The position numbers were made by a program, and so were the translations under genes. A DNA stretch of 64,000 nt, taken from contig JAMCZE010000004.1 in NCBI GenBank assembly GCA_023485845.1, positions 1,358 to 65,357 of the forward strand, read 5' to 3'. Below, in pieces: positions 20,881 through 30,507 of the stretch (position 1 is its first letter; the number at the start of each line of letters is the position of its first letter). The notes beneath the pieces are model-generated. The model worked only from the letters and a program-made list of their open reading frames with translations, ran no database searches and was not told the DNA's origin. This DNA comes from Patescibacteria group bacterium. Lineage in GTDB: Bacteria; Patescibacteriota; Microgenomatia; JAMCZE01.

Positions 20881-21475
20881 ATACGGGAAAGAACTGAGCC
20901 TAAAACAGGCCTGGCCGAAAATTGTCAGGCGACTTTATAATTATTGGCTTGACTGGTGTTTGATGTGGCTATACTGGATCGGTGAAGTGCCAAGCCACAA
21001 TTTTCGGCGTTTCTTTTACACTTCGGCCGGAATGAGAATTGGCCGTGGCAGCGTTATTCACACCTACGCCAGGTTTTATCAACCAAAGGGAATTTCAGTT
21101 GGCGAGGACACGATTATCGGGGATCACGTTTTCCTCGATGGCCGGTCCCCGCTTAAAATTGGTAGCCATGTTGATATTGCCTCGTCTGTGATGATCTACA
21201 ACAGTGAACACAATTCTGAAGCAGTGGATTTTTCTGATCCGGAAAACGTTGTGGAGGAACCGGTTTCAATCGGGGATTATGTTTTTATTGGGCCGCGGGC
21301 GATTATTTTGCCCGGGGTGAAAATCGGTCGGGGAGCGATTGTCGCCGCCGGCGCGGTGGTCACCAAGGACGTTCCCGATTTTGCCATTGTCGGTGGCGTC
21401 CCGGCCAATGTGATCGGACAGCGCAAAGTTAAAGATTTGCATTATCGTTTAGGAAGAGCGCGTCTGTTTCAATGA
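20861..21475 (+). CDS. Hexapeptide-repeat (left-handed beta-helix) sugar O-acyltransferase
   Basis: [33 protein letters not shown]. Confidence 0.9.
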   Translation: MKWLKNKYGKELSLKQAWPKIVRRLYNYWLDWCLMWLYWIGEVPSHNFRRFFYTSAGMRIGRGSVIHTYARFYQPKGISVGEDTIIGDHVFLDGRSPLKIGSHVDIASSVMIYNSEHNSEAVDFSDPENVVEEPVSIGDYVFIGPRAIILPGVKIGRGAIVAAGAVVTKDVPDFAIVGGVPANVIGQRKVKDLHYRLGRARLFQ

Positions 21476-21978
21476 TCACATATACCTTTATTGATGCCTC
21501 AAATATTATCTATGGGACAAGGGATGAGGGTTGGAGAGTTGACCTTAAGAAGTTATTTAAATATCTCAAAGAAAGATATAAAAGCCGTATAGTTTATTAT
21601 TTTGCAGGAGTTGAGGAGGGGAATAGTAAACAGAAAAGATTTTATGAACTTCTAGAGAAAATTGGTTATAGGCTGATTTTGAAACCGGTAAAAATTTATT
21701 CTCAAACTGGAGGGAAGAAGGTTAAAAAGGCAAATTGCGATGTCGACCTCACGTTTTATGCTATGCGAGATAAGGGTTCATTTAGCAGGGGCATATTTTT
21801 AACGGGGGATGGTGATTTCAAGGTTTTATTAAAGTATCTAGCCTCACAGAAGAAAAAAGTCATAGTAATTGCAAATGGAAGGAGAACTGCAAAGGAAATA
21901 CGTGTTTTGATGGGGTCAAATTTTACTCCAATGAAGTCCCTACGGGGTATTATTGAGTATAGAAATAAAAACGGGTAG
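21472..21978 (+). CDS. NYN-domain (LabA/DUF88, PIN-like) protein
   Basis: [21 protein letters not shown] motifs. Confidence 0.9.
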   Translation: MITYTFIDASNIIYGTRDEGWRVDLKKLFKYLKERYKSRIVYYFAGVEEGNSKQKRFYELLEKIGYRLILKPVKIYSQTGGKKVKKANCDVDLTFYAMRDKGSFSRGIFLTGDGDFKVLLKYLASQKKKVIVIANGRRTAKEIRVLMGSNFTPMKSLRGIIEYRNKNG

Positions 21979-22010
21979 ACTCTACGAACGACTCTACCCT
22001 ACGTTTTATG
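21962..22010 (-). ncRNA. Putative small hairpin RNA convergent on the NYN gene
   Basis: Minus strand AAAACG-TA-GGGTAGA-N13-TCTACCC-GTTTTTATTT downstream of its own promoter; overlaps the NYN stop codon. Confidence 0.55.
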
Positions 22011-22015
22011 AGAGA

Positions 22016-22044
22016 ATTATATAGCATAATATTAGTTGTGTCAA
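22016..22044 (-). promoter_or_regulatory. Consensus sigma70 promoter driving the small RNA
   Basis: TTGACA (22044-22039), 17 nt, TATAAT (22021-22016): perfect consensus. Confidence 0.8.
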
Positions 22045-22059
22045 GACCAAGATGACAAG

Positions 22060-25000
22060 ATGAGAAGAATTTTGGGTTGGCTGGACGAGAATTTGCTCGC
22101 GGTGGCGGCGGGATTTTTGCTGATTTTCATTCCGCTCTACCCCAAATGGCCGTTGTTTGACATTCTATACGGCTACAACGTCAGGGTTCGGCTGGAAGAT
22201 TTATTTGTTGCCGCCACTTTTGGCCTTTTTCTTTTTCAGCTGCTTCGCCGCAAGGTCTTGGTCATTAGGGAAACCCCGATAACAAAAGGGCTGCTAATTT
22301 ATCTTCTGATGGGCTTTTTATCGATGCTGACGGCCTTTTTTGTGATTAAAACTGTGCCGCTCTTGCCGATGCACATGGAGAAAACTTTCCTGCACTGGTT
22401 GCGCCGGCTGGAATACTTCTCACTTTTCTTTGTTTTCTTTGCCTCCATCCGCAGTTGGAAGCGGGTGAAAGTCTATCTGTGGATCTTCTTTATGACCCTT
22501 TTAGCCGTGATTATCTACGGTTACGGCCAAAAATATCTCTACTGGCCAGCTTTCTCCACCATGAACCGGGAATTTGCCAAGGGTTGGTGGCTCTATCTGA
22601 CGGCCCATGCCCGGCTGCTTTCCACATTTGGCGGCCATTATGATCTGGCTGCCTATTTGGTGATTGCCCTTTCTCTAACCTGGAGCTTCTTTTTTGGCAC
22701 TACCAAACGGTTGGCAAAGATCGTTTTTGGTCTGCTGATTGCCGGGGGATTTTGGTCACTGGTATTGACCGCCTCCCGTTCCTCTTTTGTCGGCTACCTT
22801 ATTGGTCTGTCCGTGGTGGTTTTTGTGTGGACTTTTAAAAAGGGTTTGGGGTGGGGGATCAGCCGCTGGGTGGTGGCGGTGTTTCTTAGTGTGTTAATAA
22901 TGTTGTCTTTTGGTGATCTTTCTGACCGTTTTTTGCATGTGCTGCGCATTGCCGACCGCATTTCGGTTTTGCAGTCGATTCTTTTGCGCCCGACCGGTGC
23001 CCCACCGCAGAATAACGCGGTTTTTCTGGAGAATAATCTGGCCGCGGTGACGTCGTCGTCTGACCAGCCGCCCACACCACTCAAGCCGGAAGATGTGGGG
23101 ACGCAAGTGCCGCTTTATGTGCCGGAAAAAACTGCCAGCGGAGCTACTGTCCTGGTGCAAACACCCCGAACCTATTCGCAAAACGCGCTGGAATTTGATC
23201 TCTCCACTGGCATCCGTCTTGATGCCACTTGGCCGGACGCAATTAAGGGCTTCTTACGGGATCCGATTTTGGGCAGTGGCTATGCCACTTTGAACAAAAC
23301 CAGTCTTTATGACTTCACCGATGCGGAATCAACGGATAATGACTATCTGCGTTCCCTTGGGGAAACGGGCTTATTGGGCTTTGTCACCTTCTTTGGCACT
23401 GTCGTGCTGATGGCAGTGATTACCTTTCGGGCCTTAGGCGGGATTAAAGACCCGGTTCTCTATTCCCTTTGTGCCGGGTTTATCGGCCTTGTCGTTGGAC
23501 TGCTGGCAAACGCAACTCTGGTGGATTTATTTGAAGCTAGCAAAGTGGCCTACGTGTTTTGGGGCGTGGCCGGACTGACAATGGGAAGCCTTTATTTGAC
23601 CCGGGATAAGATCAGGGGAAATATGGCTCCGCTAAAAATTGATTTTCCGATCCGGCAGTGGCTGGGGGAAATTAAGCGATTTTTCCTTTCGGATAAACCC
23701 TGGGTGCTGCTCATTTTAGCTCTGACTTTTGCCCTGCGGCTTTATCGTTTTGACGGCCCGGTGGCTGATTGGCATTCCTGGCGCCAGGCGGACACCTCGG
23801 CAGTGACCCGGGACTTTGTTAAAAATCAGGAAATTAACTGGCTCTATCCCACCTATGAAGATCTTTCTAAGGCTTCCAATGGCCTGGACAACCCGGCCGG
23901 GCTGCGGTTGGTGGAATTTCCAATTTACAATGCCGTATCCGCCACAGTGAAGGCCGTCGTTCCGGAACTGTCGGTGGAAGAGGCGGGGAGAGTGACGACC
24001 ATCTTTGCCATGATGATGGCGGCGTTGTTCCTTTTCTTAATTTGCCGGCAAATCTTCTCCCGGCGAGTGGCCTATCTGGCCGCGCTTGCCTTCTCTGTCA
24101 TTCCATATAGCATATACTATGGACGAACAATTCTTCCTGACCCCTCAATGGTGGCGACTTCCCTTGGGGCCATTTGGTTTAGCGTGGTTTACGCCCAAAA
24201 CAGCAAAAAACGTTATTTTATTCTTAGTCTAATTTTTGCGGCAGCGGCTCTACTGATCAAACCCTTTGCCGCTTTTTTGCTGACCCCGGTTGCTTATATT
24301 TGGCTGGTGGCTTTTTGGAACGACAAGCGCCGACTTTTGACTATGCTGCTTATCTTCTCTCTCGCGGCCATGCCTCTTTTCCTTTGGCGCTTTTGGATTG
24401 CCCACTACCCGGCCGGGGTGCCCTACAGTGATTGGCTTTATAACATCAATCACATTCGCTTCAAAGGGGCATTTTGGTATTGGCTGTTTGCCGATCGGAT
24501 TGGTCGGTTGATTTTGGGCTATTGGGGGTTAATTCCTCTTGGTTTTGGAGTGGTTCGCAAGTTGGCAGGAAAATATCGTTTCTTCGCCCTTTGGCTATGG
24601 CTTTCCTCTTTTGCCTATTTGTCGATTTTTGCCACCGGCAACGTCCAGCATGACTATTACCAAATTCTTCTTTTGCCGTCCCTGGCAATCTTTGTCGGTT
24701 TAGGTTTGGATTGGATGCTTAGTTATAATCTCACCGCTAAGCTATTAGCGATAATTTGCAGCCTGTTTATGGTGGGTTTTGGCTGGTATTTTGTCCGCGA
24801 CTATTTCAATATTAACCGGCCGGAGATTGTGGCCGCCGGGCACGCGCTGGCCGATTTGGCAGGGGAACACGGCAAAGCTCTGGTGATTGCCCCTTATGAC
24901 GAGGACTCGGCTTTCTTATATCAAACCACCCTTAAGGGCTGGCCTTATGTGGAAAAACCCATTCCCGAGATGATTAAGATGGGGGCTGACTATTATGTCA

Positions 25001-25167
25001 GCGTTAATTTTGACAGTCTGACCAACCAACTGCTTTCTCAATCGGAGACAAAAGAATTTCGTCTGGCCCATCCCAAGCTGCCGCCCAAACCCTACCTTCT
25101 TTTAGCAAACACGGATAAATACGTGATCATTCAACTTGTTCCCGATAAGGATCTCCCGGGGAATTAG
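22060..25167 (+). CDS. Fusion: O-antigen ligase/Wzy_C-like domain + ArnT/PMT-like GT-C domain
   Basis: N-half LTASRSS, PILGSG, DNDYLRSLGETGLLG; C-half DWHSWRQADT, EFPIY, HDYYQ. Confidence 0.8.
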   Translation: MRRILGWLDENLLAVAAGFLLIFIPLYPKWPLFDILYGYNVRVRLEDLFVAATFGLFLFQLLRRKVLVIRETPITKGLLIYLLMGFLSMLTAFFVIKTVPLLPMHMEKTFLHWLRRLEYFSLFFVFFASIRSWKRVKVYLWIFFMTLLAVIIYGYGQKYLYWPAFSTMNREFAKGWWLYLTAHARLLSTFGGHYDLAAYLVIALSLTWSFFFGTTKRLAKIVFGLLIAGGFWSLVLTASRSSFVGYLIGLSVVVFVWTFKKGLGWGISRWVVAVFLSVLIMLSFGDLSDRFLHVLRIADRISVLQSILLRPTGAPPQNNAVFLENNLAAVTSSSDQPPTPLKPEDVGTQVPLYVPEKTASGATVLVQTPRTYSQNALEFDLSTGIRLDATWPDAIKGFLRDPILGSGYATLNKTSLYDFTDAESTDNDYLRSLGETGLLGFVTFFGTVVLMAVITFRALGGIKDPVLYSLCAGFIGLVVGLLANATLVDLFEASKVAYVFWGVAGLTMGSLYLTRDKIRGNMAPLKIDFPIRQWLGEIKRFFLSDKPWVLLILALTFALRLYRFDGPVADWHSWRQADTSAVTRDFVKNQEINWLYPTYEDLSKASNGLDNPAGLRLVEFPIYNAVSATVKAVVPELSVEEAGRVTTIFAMMMAALFLFLICRQIFSRRVAYLAALAFSVIPYSIYYGRTILPDPSMVATSLGAIWFSVVYAQNSKKRYFILSLIFAAAALLIKPFAAFLLTPVAYIWLVAFWNDKRRLLTMLLIFSLAAMPLFLWRFWIAHYPAGVPYSDWLYNINHIRFKGAFWYWLFADRIGRLILGYWGLIPLGFGVVRKLAGKYRFFALWLWLSSFAYLSIFATGNVQHDYYQILLLPSLAIFVGLGLDWMLSYNLTAKLLAIICSLFMVGFGWYFVRDYFNINRPEIVAAGHALADLAGEHGKALVIAPYDEDSAFLYQTTLKGWPYVEKPIPEMIKMGADYYVSVNFDSLTNQLLSQSETKEFRLAHPKLPPKPYLLLANTDKYVIIQLVPDKDLPGN

Positions 25168-25174
25168 TTTGCCT

Positions 25175-26374
25175 ATGAAGATCCTGATGCTCACCCCATA
25201 TGTTCCGTATCCGCCAAACTCCGGCGGCCAGACAAGAACGTTTAACCTCATCAAAAACCTTTCCAAAAAGCACGAAATCAGCTCATTTTCTTTCCTTCGC
25301 ACTGATCATCCCGAACCGGATCTGACCCAATTGCGCAAATATTGTCGCCAAGTCCGGGTTTTTCGCCGGAAAAAATCCTTCGCGTCCATAGCTAAAATAT
25401 TTAAAACCGGCTTCTCCCTTTATCCCTATTTGGTGAACATGTATCTGGAGGACAAGATCAAGCAGGCTTTGGCCCAAGAGTTAGCCGGTGGCCAATATGA
25501 TCTGATTCACGTTGAGACCTACTATATTATGGCCAATCTCCCACCGACAATTGTTCCTGTTCTCTTAGCAGAACAGACAATTGAATACCAAGTCTACCAG
25601 CATTTTGCCCAAACCACCCGATTCTGGCCGGCCAAGCCGTTTCTGGCTGTTGATGTGGCAAAACATAAATATTGGGAGAAACATTTCTGGCAGGAGGCCC
25701 GTAAAGTGGTGGCCATGTCACAGGATGACAAAGAGAAGATGCTGGAGTTGGTGCCAGACCTGGATGTGAGCGTTGTCCCTAACGGGGTGGACAGCGGTTT
25801 TTTTGCCAAAAAAATTGCTTTGCAAAAAAGAGAATTTCCTCGGCTGCTGTTTGTTGGTAATTTCAACTGGTTGCAGAACCGGGAAGCGGCGGAGGTGCTT
25901 GTGCACCAAATTTGGCCGTTGGTTAAGGTTAAACTGCCCAGGGCACGGCTGTGGATTGTCGGCCGGGAACCAACGCCGGATATCAAAGCTTTGGCGGGCG
26001 ATGATGTGACGGTGTCCGGTGATGTGGAAGATATAAGAACTGCTTATCAGGGATCGGATCTGTTAATTGCTCCAATTTATGGCGGTGGCGGGACCAGGTA
26101 TAAAATTCTGGAGGCAATGGCCTCAGGCTTGCCGGTGGTCAGCACTCAGATCGGCATCAAGGGCATTGGGGCGCAAAATCGCAAGCATGCCTTGATCACT
26201 AATAATCAGCAACAGTTGGCCGATGACGCGGTGGAGCTCCTCACTAACCGTCAGACAGCCAAAAAAATTGCCCAACAAGCTAAAGAATTAGTGGTTAAAA
26301 ACTTTGACTGGACAGGGATCTCTGCCGGTTTGGATAAAATATATGAAGAAACGGCTTTCCGTCATCATTCTTAA
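25175..26374 (+). CDS. GT4 glycosyltransferase
   Basis: PYPPNSGG, GGGTRYKILEAMASG. Confidence 0.9.
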   Translation: MKILMLTPYVPYPPNSGGQTRTFNLIKNLSKKHEISSFSFLRTDHPEPDLTQLRKYCRQVRVFRRKKSFASIAKIFKTGFSLYPYLVNMYLEDKIKQALAQELAGGQYDLIHVETYYIMANLPPTIVPVLLAEQTIEYQVYQHFAQTTRFWPAKPFLAVDVAKHKYWEKHFWQEARKVVAMSQDDKEKMLELVPDLDVSVVPNGVDSGFFAKKIALQKREFPRLLFVGNFNWLQNREAAEVLVHQIWPLVKVKLPRARLWIVGREPTPDIKALAGDDVTVSGDVEDIRTAYQGSDLLIAPIYGGGGTRYKILEAMASGLPVVSTQIGIKGIGAQNRKHALITNNQQQLADDAVELLTNRQTAKKIAQQAKELVVKNFDWTGISAGLDKIYEETAFRHHS

Positions 26375-27191
26375 CTTTAACACTCGGGAGCTGTTGCGGG
26401 GCTGCTTGGCATCGCTGCCGACCAATTCGGACTATGAAATCGTTGTGGTGGACAACGCCAGCACTGACGGTTCAATGGCGATGGTGAAAGCGGGATTCCC
26501 AATGGTGACCTTAATCGCCAATAAAATCAATCTGGGCTTTGGCCCGGCTAACAACGCGGCGGCAAAAAAAGCTAAGGGGGACTACGTGGTTTTTCTAAAT
26601 GCCGATATGAAACTGGAGAAGGAAACGCTGTCATTCCCCTTGGATTACATTTCATCCCACCCCGATGTGGGAGCGGTGACAGCCAAAACGGTTTTGGGTG
26701 ACGGTTCGTTGGATGCCACCTGCCACCGCGGTTTTCCCACTCCCTGGAGCGCCTTCTGCTATTTTTCCGGCCTTGCTAAAATTTTCCCCCACAGTCGGCT
26801 GTTTGCCGGCTACACCATGGGCTATCTTGATCCTGACACTGCCCACGAAGTGGAAGCGATCAACGGCGCCTATTTTATGATGCCCCGGATTCTTGGCAAC
26901 AGACTTGATTGGTTTGACAAAGACTTTTTCTGGAAAGGGGAAGATTTGGATTTGTGCTATCGGATAAGGCAGGCCGGTTATAAGATTATGTATCTGCCCC
27001 AGGTGAAGATCTGGCACTTTAAAGGTTCATCCGGCGGCCACCGGCCCGGCAGCAAAACCCTCAAAGCCCGGTTTGAAGTGATGCGGATTTTTTATCGGAA
27101 GCACTACACTAATAAATATCCCCACTGGGTGAAAACACTAGTTTTTTTGGGCATTGACCTGCGGGAGTTTCTAGCCAATCTCAGCCTATGA
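26343..27191 (+). CDS. GT2 glycosyltransferase (rhamnosyltransferase-like)
   Basis: VVDNASTDGS, FLNAD, GEDLDLCYR. Confidence 0.9.
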   Translation: MKKRLSVIILNFNTRELLRGCLASLPTNSDYEIVVVDNASTDGSMAMVKAGFPMVTLIANKINLGFGPANNAAAKKAKGDYVVFLNADMKLEKETLSFPLDYISSHPDVGAVTAKTVLGDGSLDATCHRGFPTPWSAFCYFSGLAKIFPHSRLFAGYTMGYLDPDTAHEVEAINGAYFMMPRILGNRLDWFDKDFFWKGEDLDLCYRIRQAGYKIMYLPQVKIWHFKGSSGGHRPGSKTLKARFEVMRIFYRKHYTNKYPHWVKTLVFLGIDLREFLANLSL

Positions 27192-28237
27192 GAATCGGTA
27201 TCGACGGGCGACTATGGAACGAAACCGGTGTTGGGCGCTATATTCGGGCGCTCTTTAAATATTTGCCAAAAGACCAGGAATTCGTCTGGTTTTTTGGCAA
27301 GAAAGAATTTAAATCGGTTGAGATGCCCCCGAAATGGAAAAAAGTTCTGGTTGACATCCACTGGCACACTCTGCGGGAGCAATTAGTTTTGCCCTGGATT
27401 TTTGCCCGGGAAAACTTAGACCTGCTCCATTTCCCCTATTTTTCTTTTCCCATACTCTATCCCGGACGGTTTGTTATCACCATTCACGATCTAATATTTG
27501 ATCACTATAAAACCGGCAAATGGTCCACTCTTCCCGGCTGGTTGTATGACATCAAAAAACTGGGTTATCACCTGGTTAATTGGATTTCAGTTTTCCGGGC
27601 CGAAAAAATCTTCACCCTTTCCAATGATGCCAAAAATGAGCTGATTTCCCACTATCAGGCCAGCCCGAATAAAGTGGCGGTGATTTATGAATCGGGAAAA
27701 CTAGAGGCGGTGGGTTCAGTGGGGAAATCACCAATGCCCGGCCCCTATCTTTTATACGTGGGCAATGCCCATCCCCATAAAAACATTGGCGCTTTAATTA
27801 AAGCCGCGGAAATTTTAAAGATGAAACTGGCGATCGTCGGCTATGACCAGTTTTTCCAGTCACGGTTGCCGAAATCGCCATATGTAACGGTGGTGGGGGA
27901 GGTGCCCAACAACAAGATTGCTGACTGGTACCGCCATGCGGCGGCGTTAGTCACAGCATCGAAGATGGAGGGCTTTGGCATTCCCCCGCTGGAGGCCATG
28001 TCTGTCGGTTGTCCGGCTATCGTTTCCGACATCCCGGTGTTCCACGAAGTCTATGGTGACGCGGCCATTTATTTTAATCAAAATGATCCCCATGACATCG
28101 CCCGGGTGATTAAAGAAACGTTGGTGGACAAGAAATTAATTTCTACCCAAACTAAAAAGGGCTACGCCCAAGCGGCAAAATATAGTTGGGAGAGATGTGT
28201 CAAACAGACATTTGGGGTTTATGAAGCAGCAGCATAA
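27188..28237 (+). CDS. GT4 glycosyltransferase
   Basis: TGVGRY, PHKN, EGFGIPPLEAM. Confidence 0.92.
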   Translation: MRIGIDGRLWNETGVGRYIRALFKYLPKDQEFVWFFGKKEFKSVEMPPKWKKVLVDIHWHTLREQLVLPWIFARENLDLLHFPYFSFPILYPGRFVITIHDLIFDHYKTGKWSTLPGWLYDIKKLGYHLVNWISVFRAEKIFTLSNDAKNELISHYQASPNKVAVIYESGKLEAVGSVGKSPMPGPYLLYVGNAHPHKNIGALIKAAEILKMKLAIVGYDQFFQSRLPKSPYVTVVGEVPNNKIADWYRHAAALVTASKMEGFGIPPLEAMSVGCPAIVSDIPVFHEVYGDAAIYFNQNDPHDIARVIKETLVDKKLISTQTKKGYAQAAKYSWERCVKQTFGVYEAAA

Positions 28238-28712
28238 GCATTACGAGGTTGACCAGTCAAATAAAGTTGAACAAACCTGGAAAGACACGGTTCTTGCTTT
28301 GTCTAACGACAGCGAATTTACGCTTCTACTTAGGGCCAGAGACAAGAGGGTTATCCAGGAGCAGTTTCGACTACGGGGTGAACCGCGGAATTTCATTCTC
28401 TTTACGTTTTCCGCGCTGTTAGTGTTCTTGTTGAAAAATACCAAACCAACCACATTAGTCACGGTCGATCTCGAGTATAAAGACAGTGAGAACATTATTC
28501 ACGATAGGTTGATTAATTACTCTCGTTTATTAAAGTTTGACCTAAACAAAGTTCCAGTAGTATTCAAATCAATTGGGAAAAAATCTCCTGCGCACAAGCT
28601 GGCCGGTAAGGTTTCGTCCGGAAAACAAAACCCGGATTTAAGAATTAGTCTAGAGGAATTCCTGCAAGTGCTGTTTCCAAAAGAAAAAGATCGGGCATCC
28701 CGAGGGACCTAG
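28221..28712 (+). CDS. Hypothetical protein, probable RNase H-fold/DUF3800-related
   Basis: EVDQS beta-strand acidic motif near N-terminus, VTVDLEY, SPAHKLA; fold call is inference. Confidence 0.55.
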   Translation: MKQQHKHYEVDQSNKVEQTWKDTVLALSNDSEFTLLLRARDKRVIQEQFRLRGEPRNFILFTFSALLVFLLKNTKPTTLVTVDLEYKDSENIIHDRLINYSRLLKFDLNKVPVVFKSIGKKSPAHKLAGKVSSGKQNPDLRISLEEFLQVLFPKEKDRASRGT

Positions 28713-28766
28713 GAGTGTTTAACGCCGGACTGGTTACCGGACGGTCGACACCCATCCCGATCAATG
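28681..28766 (-). ncRNA. Putative structured small RNA convergent on, and overlapping the 3' end of, the 28221-28712 gene
   Basis: Minus strand closing stem GATCGGG/CCCGATC + TTTTTCTT; inner stems GGGTGT/ACACTC, CCGG/CCGG, GTCC-CTCG-GGAT. Confidence 0.65.
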
Positions 28767-28771
28767 TGTAG

Positions 28772-28800
28772 AATTTAGCATAATATGCCTAAATTGTCAA
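28772..28800 (-). promoter_or_regulatory. Sigma70 promoter driving the small RNA
   Basis: TTGACA (28800-28795), 17 nt, TAAATT (28777-28772) with TG extension. Confidence 0.7.
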
Positions 28801-29885
28801 GTCCAAAAGTCGCTTTAGTTTATGATCGGGTTAATAAGTTTGGTGGGGCGGAGCGGGTGCTGTTGGCGCTGCATGAGATTTGGCCGGAAGCACCGCTTTA
28901 CACTTCTGTTTATGACAAAAAGCGGACCCCATGGGCCGATGCCTTCGAAGTGAGGACATCATTTCTTCAAAAATTACCCCTGCCAAAAAGTAAACATGAA
29001 TATTACCCATTTTTAATGGGTCCGGCTTTTGAGACGTTCAATTTTGATGAATTTGACATTGTCATCTCCGTTACCCATGAATTTTCCAAGGCAATTATCA
29101 CTAAATCGGGAACCCGGCACATTTGCTATTGTTTAAACCCGGTTAGTTATCTTTGGTCCGGACATGATGATTATTTTTCCGGCAAACCCGATTGGTTTAA
29201 GGACCTCACCCAACCAATGATTAACTACTTGCGTCTTTACGACAAAGTGATTTGTCGTCGGCCGGATAAATATATTGCCATTTCCAAAGTCGTTAAGGAA
29301 AGAATAAAGAAATATTATGGCCTCAATAGTGACGTGATTTATCCGCCAGTGGTTTTAAAAGACGTGGTCTTGAGTCGCCAAGACCACGTCTTGCGAAGTG
29401 ATTTTTTCCTTGTTGTTTCCCGGCTTGTTCCCAATAAACGGGTGGATTTAGCTGTCAAGGCATTCAATGAGTTAGGTTGGCCAATAAAAATTGTGGGTGT
29501 CGGTTCACAGGAAGAAAAACTTAAAGGAATGGCTAAGAAAAACATTGAGTTTTTAGGCCAGTTGACAGATGCCGAGCTGGCACGGTACTATGAATCTTGC
29601 CGCGCTCTGATTGAGCCGGGCGAGGTGGACTTTGGATTGGTGGCGCTGGAGGCGCAAAGTTATGGGAAACCGGTGGTGGCCTATGGCGCTGGCGGGTCGC
29701 GGGAAACGGTGATTCCCAGCAAAACCGGATTCTTTTTTTCAGCGCCGACAGCCAAAAGTTTAGTGGAGACAATTTCCGAAGTTAATCTTGATAAAATTGA
29801 TCCGAATGATTGTGCTACCAACGCGGCTAAATTTTCGAAAGAGCGGTTTAAGAAAGAGTTTTTAGACTATGTACGACATTCTTAA
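28785..29885 (+). CDS. GT4 glycosyltransferase (WbaZ-like)
   Basis: GGAERVL, SRLVPNKR, VDFGLVALEAQSYG. Confidence 0.9.
   Translation: MPKLSSPKVALVYDRVNKFGGAERVLLALHEIWPEAPLYTSVYDKKRTPWADAFEVRTSFLQKLPLPKSKHEYYPFLMGPAFETFNFDEFDIVISVTHEFSKAIITKSGTRHICYCLNPVSYLWSGHDDYFSGKPDWFKDLTQPMINYLRLYDKVICRRPDKYIAISKVVKERIKKYYGLNSDVIYPPVVLKDVVLSRQDHVLRSDFFLVVSRLVPNKRVDLAVKAFNELGWPIKIVGVGSQEEKLKGMAKKNIEFLGQLTDAELARYYESCRALIEPGEVDFGLVALEAQSYGKPVVAYGAGGSRETVIPSKTGFFFSAPTAKSLVETISEVNLDKIDPNDCATNAAKFSKERFKKEFLDYVRHS
29359..29392. repeat. Perfect 14-bp inverted repeat (REP/BIME-like) inside GT4 CDS
   Basis: AAGACGTGGTCTTG-AGTCGC-CAAGACCACGTCTT; each arm is itself AAGAC-N3-GTCTT. Confidence 0.8.
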
Positions 29886-30504
29886 AAGGATAATTGACAT
29901 TGTCGGCGCGGGGGTCCTGCTGATTATTTTTTCCCCCATCATGATTTTGACAGCAATTGCTATTAGACTGGATTCGTCAGGACCGATTTTTGCCGATACC
30001 CCGCCGCGTGTTGGCCGGGGAGGGAAACTAATTCATGTTTACAAATTTCGCTCGATGATTCCCAATGCCCAGAAGTTATTGATGACTGATCCCAGGCTAA
30101 AAAGGCTTTTCAGACAGTACAAAGAAAATAACTATAAACTCAAAGATGACCCGCGAATTACCAGGGTGGGGGCTTTCATTCGCCGGCACTCAATTGATGA
30201 ATTCCCGCAATTTATCAACGTTCTCATTGGTAATATGAGCTTAGTCGGCCCCCGGCCATACTACGAATTTGAACTTAAAGAACAGGTGGCAAAATTTCCG
30301 GAGGTTAAGCCGTTGTTAAATGATGTCCATTCGGCACTGCCGGGAATTACCGGAGAGTGGCAAGTCTCTGGGCGCAGCGAAGTGGATTTTGATAAGAGAA
30401 TTCAGTTGGATGCGCAGTATGCCCGCAAGAGGGATATTTTATATGATATATTAATAATGTTGAAAACTCCCTGGGCGATTATCCACGGCACGGGAGCTTA
30501 TTAA
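29869..30504 (+). CDS. Priming sugar transferase (polyprenyl-phosphate glycosylphosphotransferase, WbaP/WcaJ C-terminal type)
   Basis: [40 protein letters not shown]. Confidence 0.95.
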   Translation: MYDILKRIIDIVGAGVLLIIFSPIMILTAIAIRLDSSGPIFADTPPRVGRGGKLIHVYKFRSMIPNAQKLLMTDPRLKRLFRQYKENNYKLKDDPRITRVGAFIRRHSIDEFPQFINVLIGNMSLVGPRPYYEFELKEQVAKFPEVKPLLNDVHSALPGITGEWQVSGRSEVDFDKRIQLDAQYARKRDILYDILIMLKTPWAIIHGTGAY

Positions 30505-30507
30505 TTT

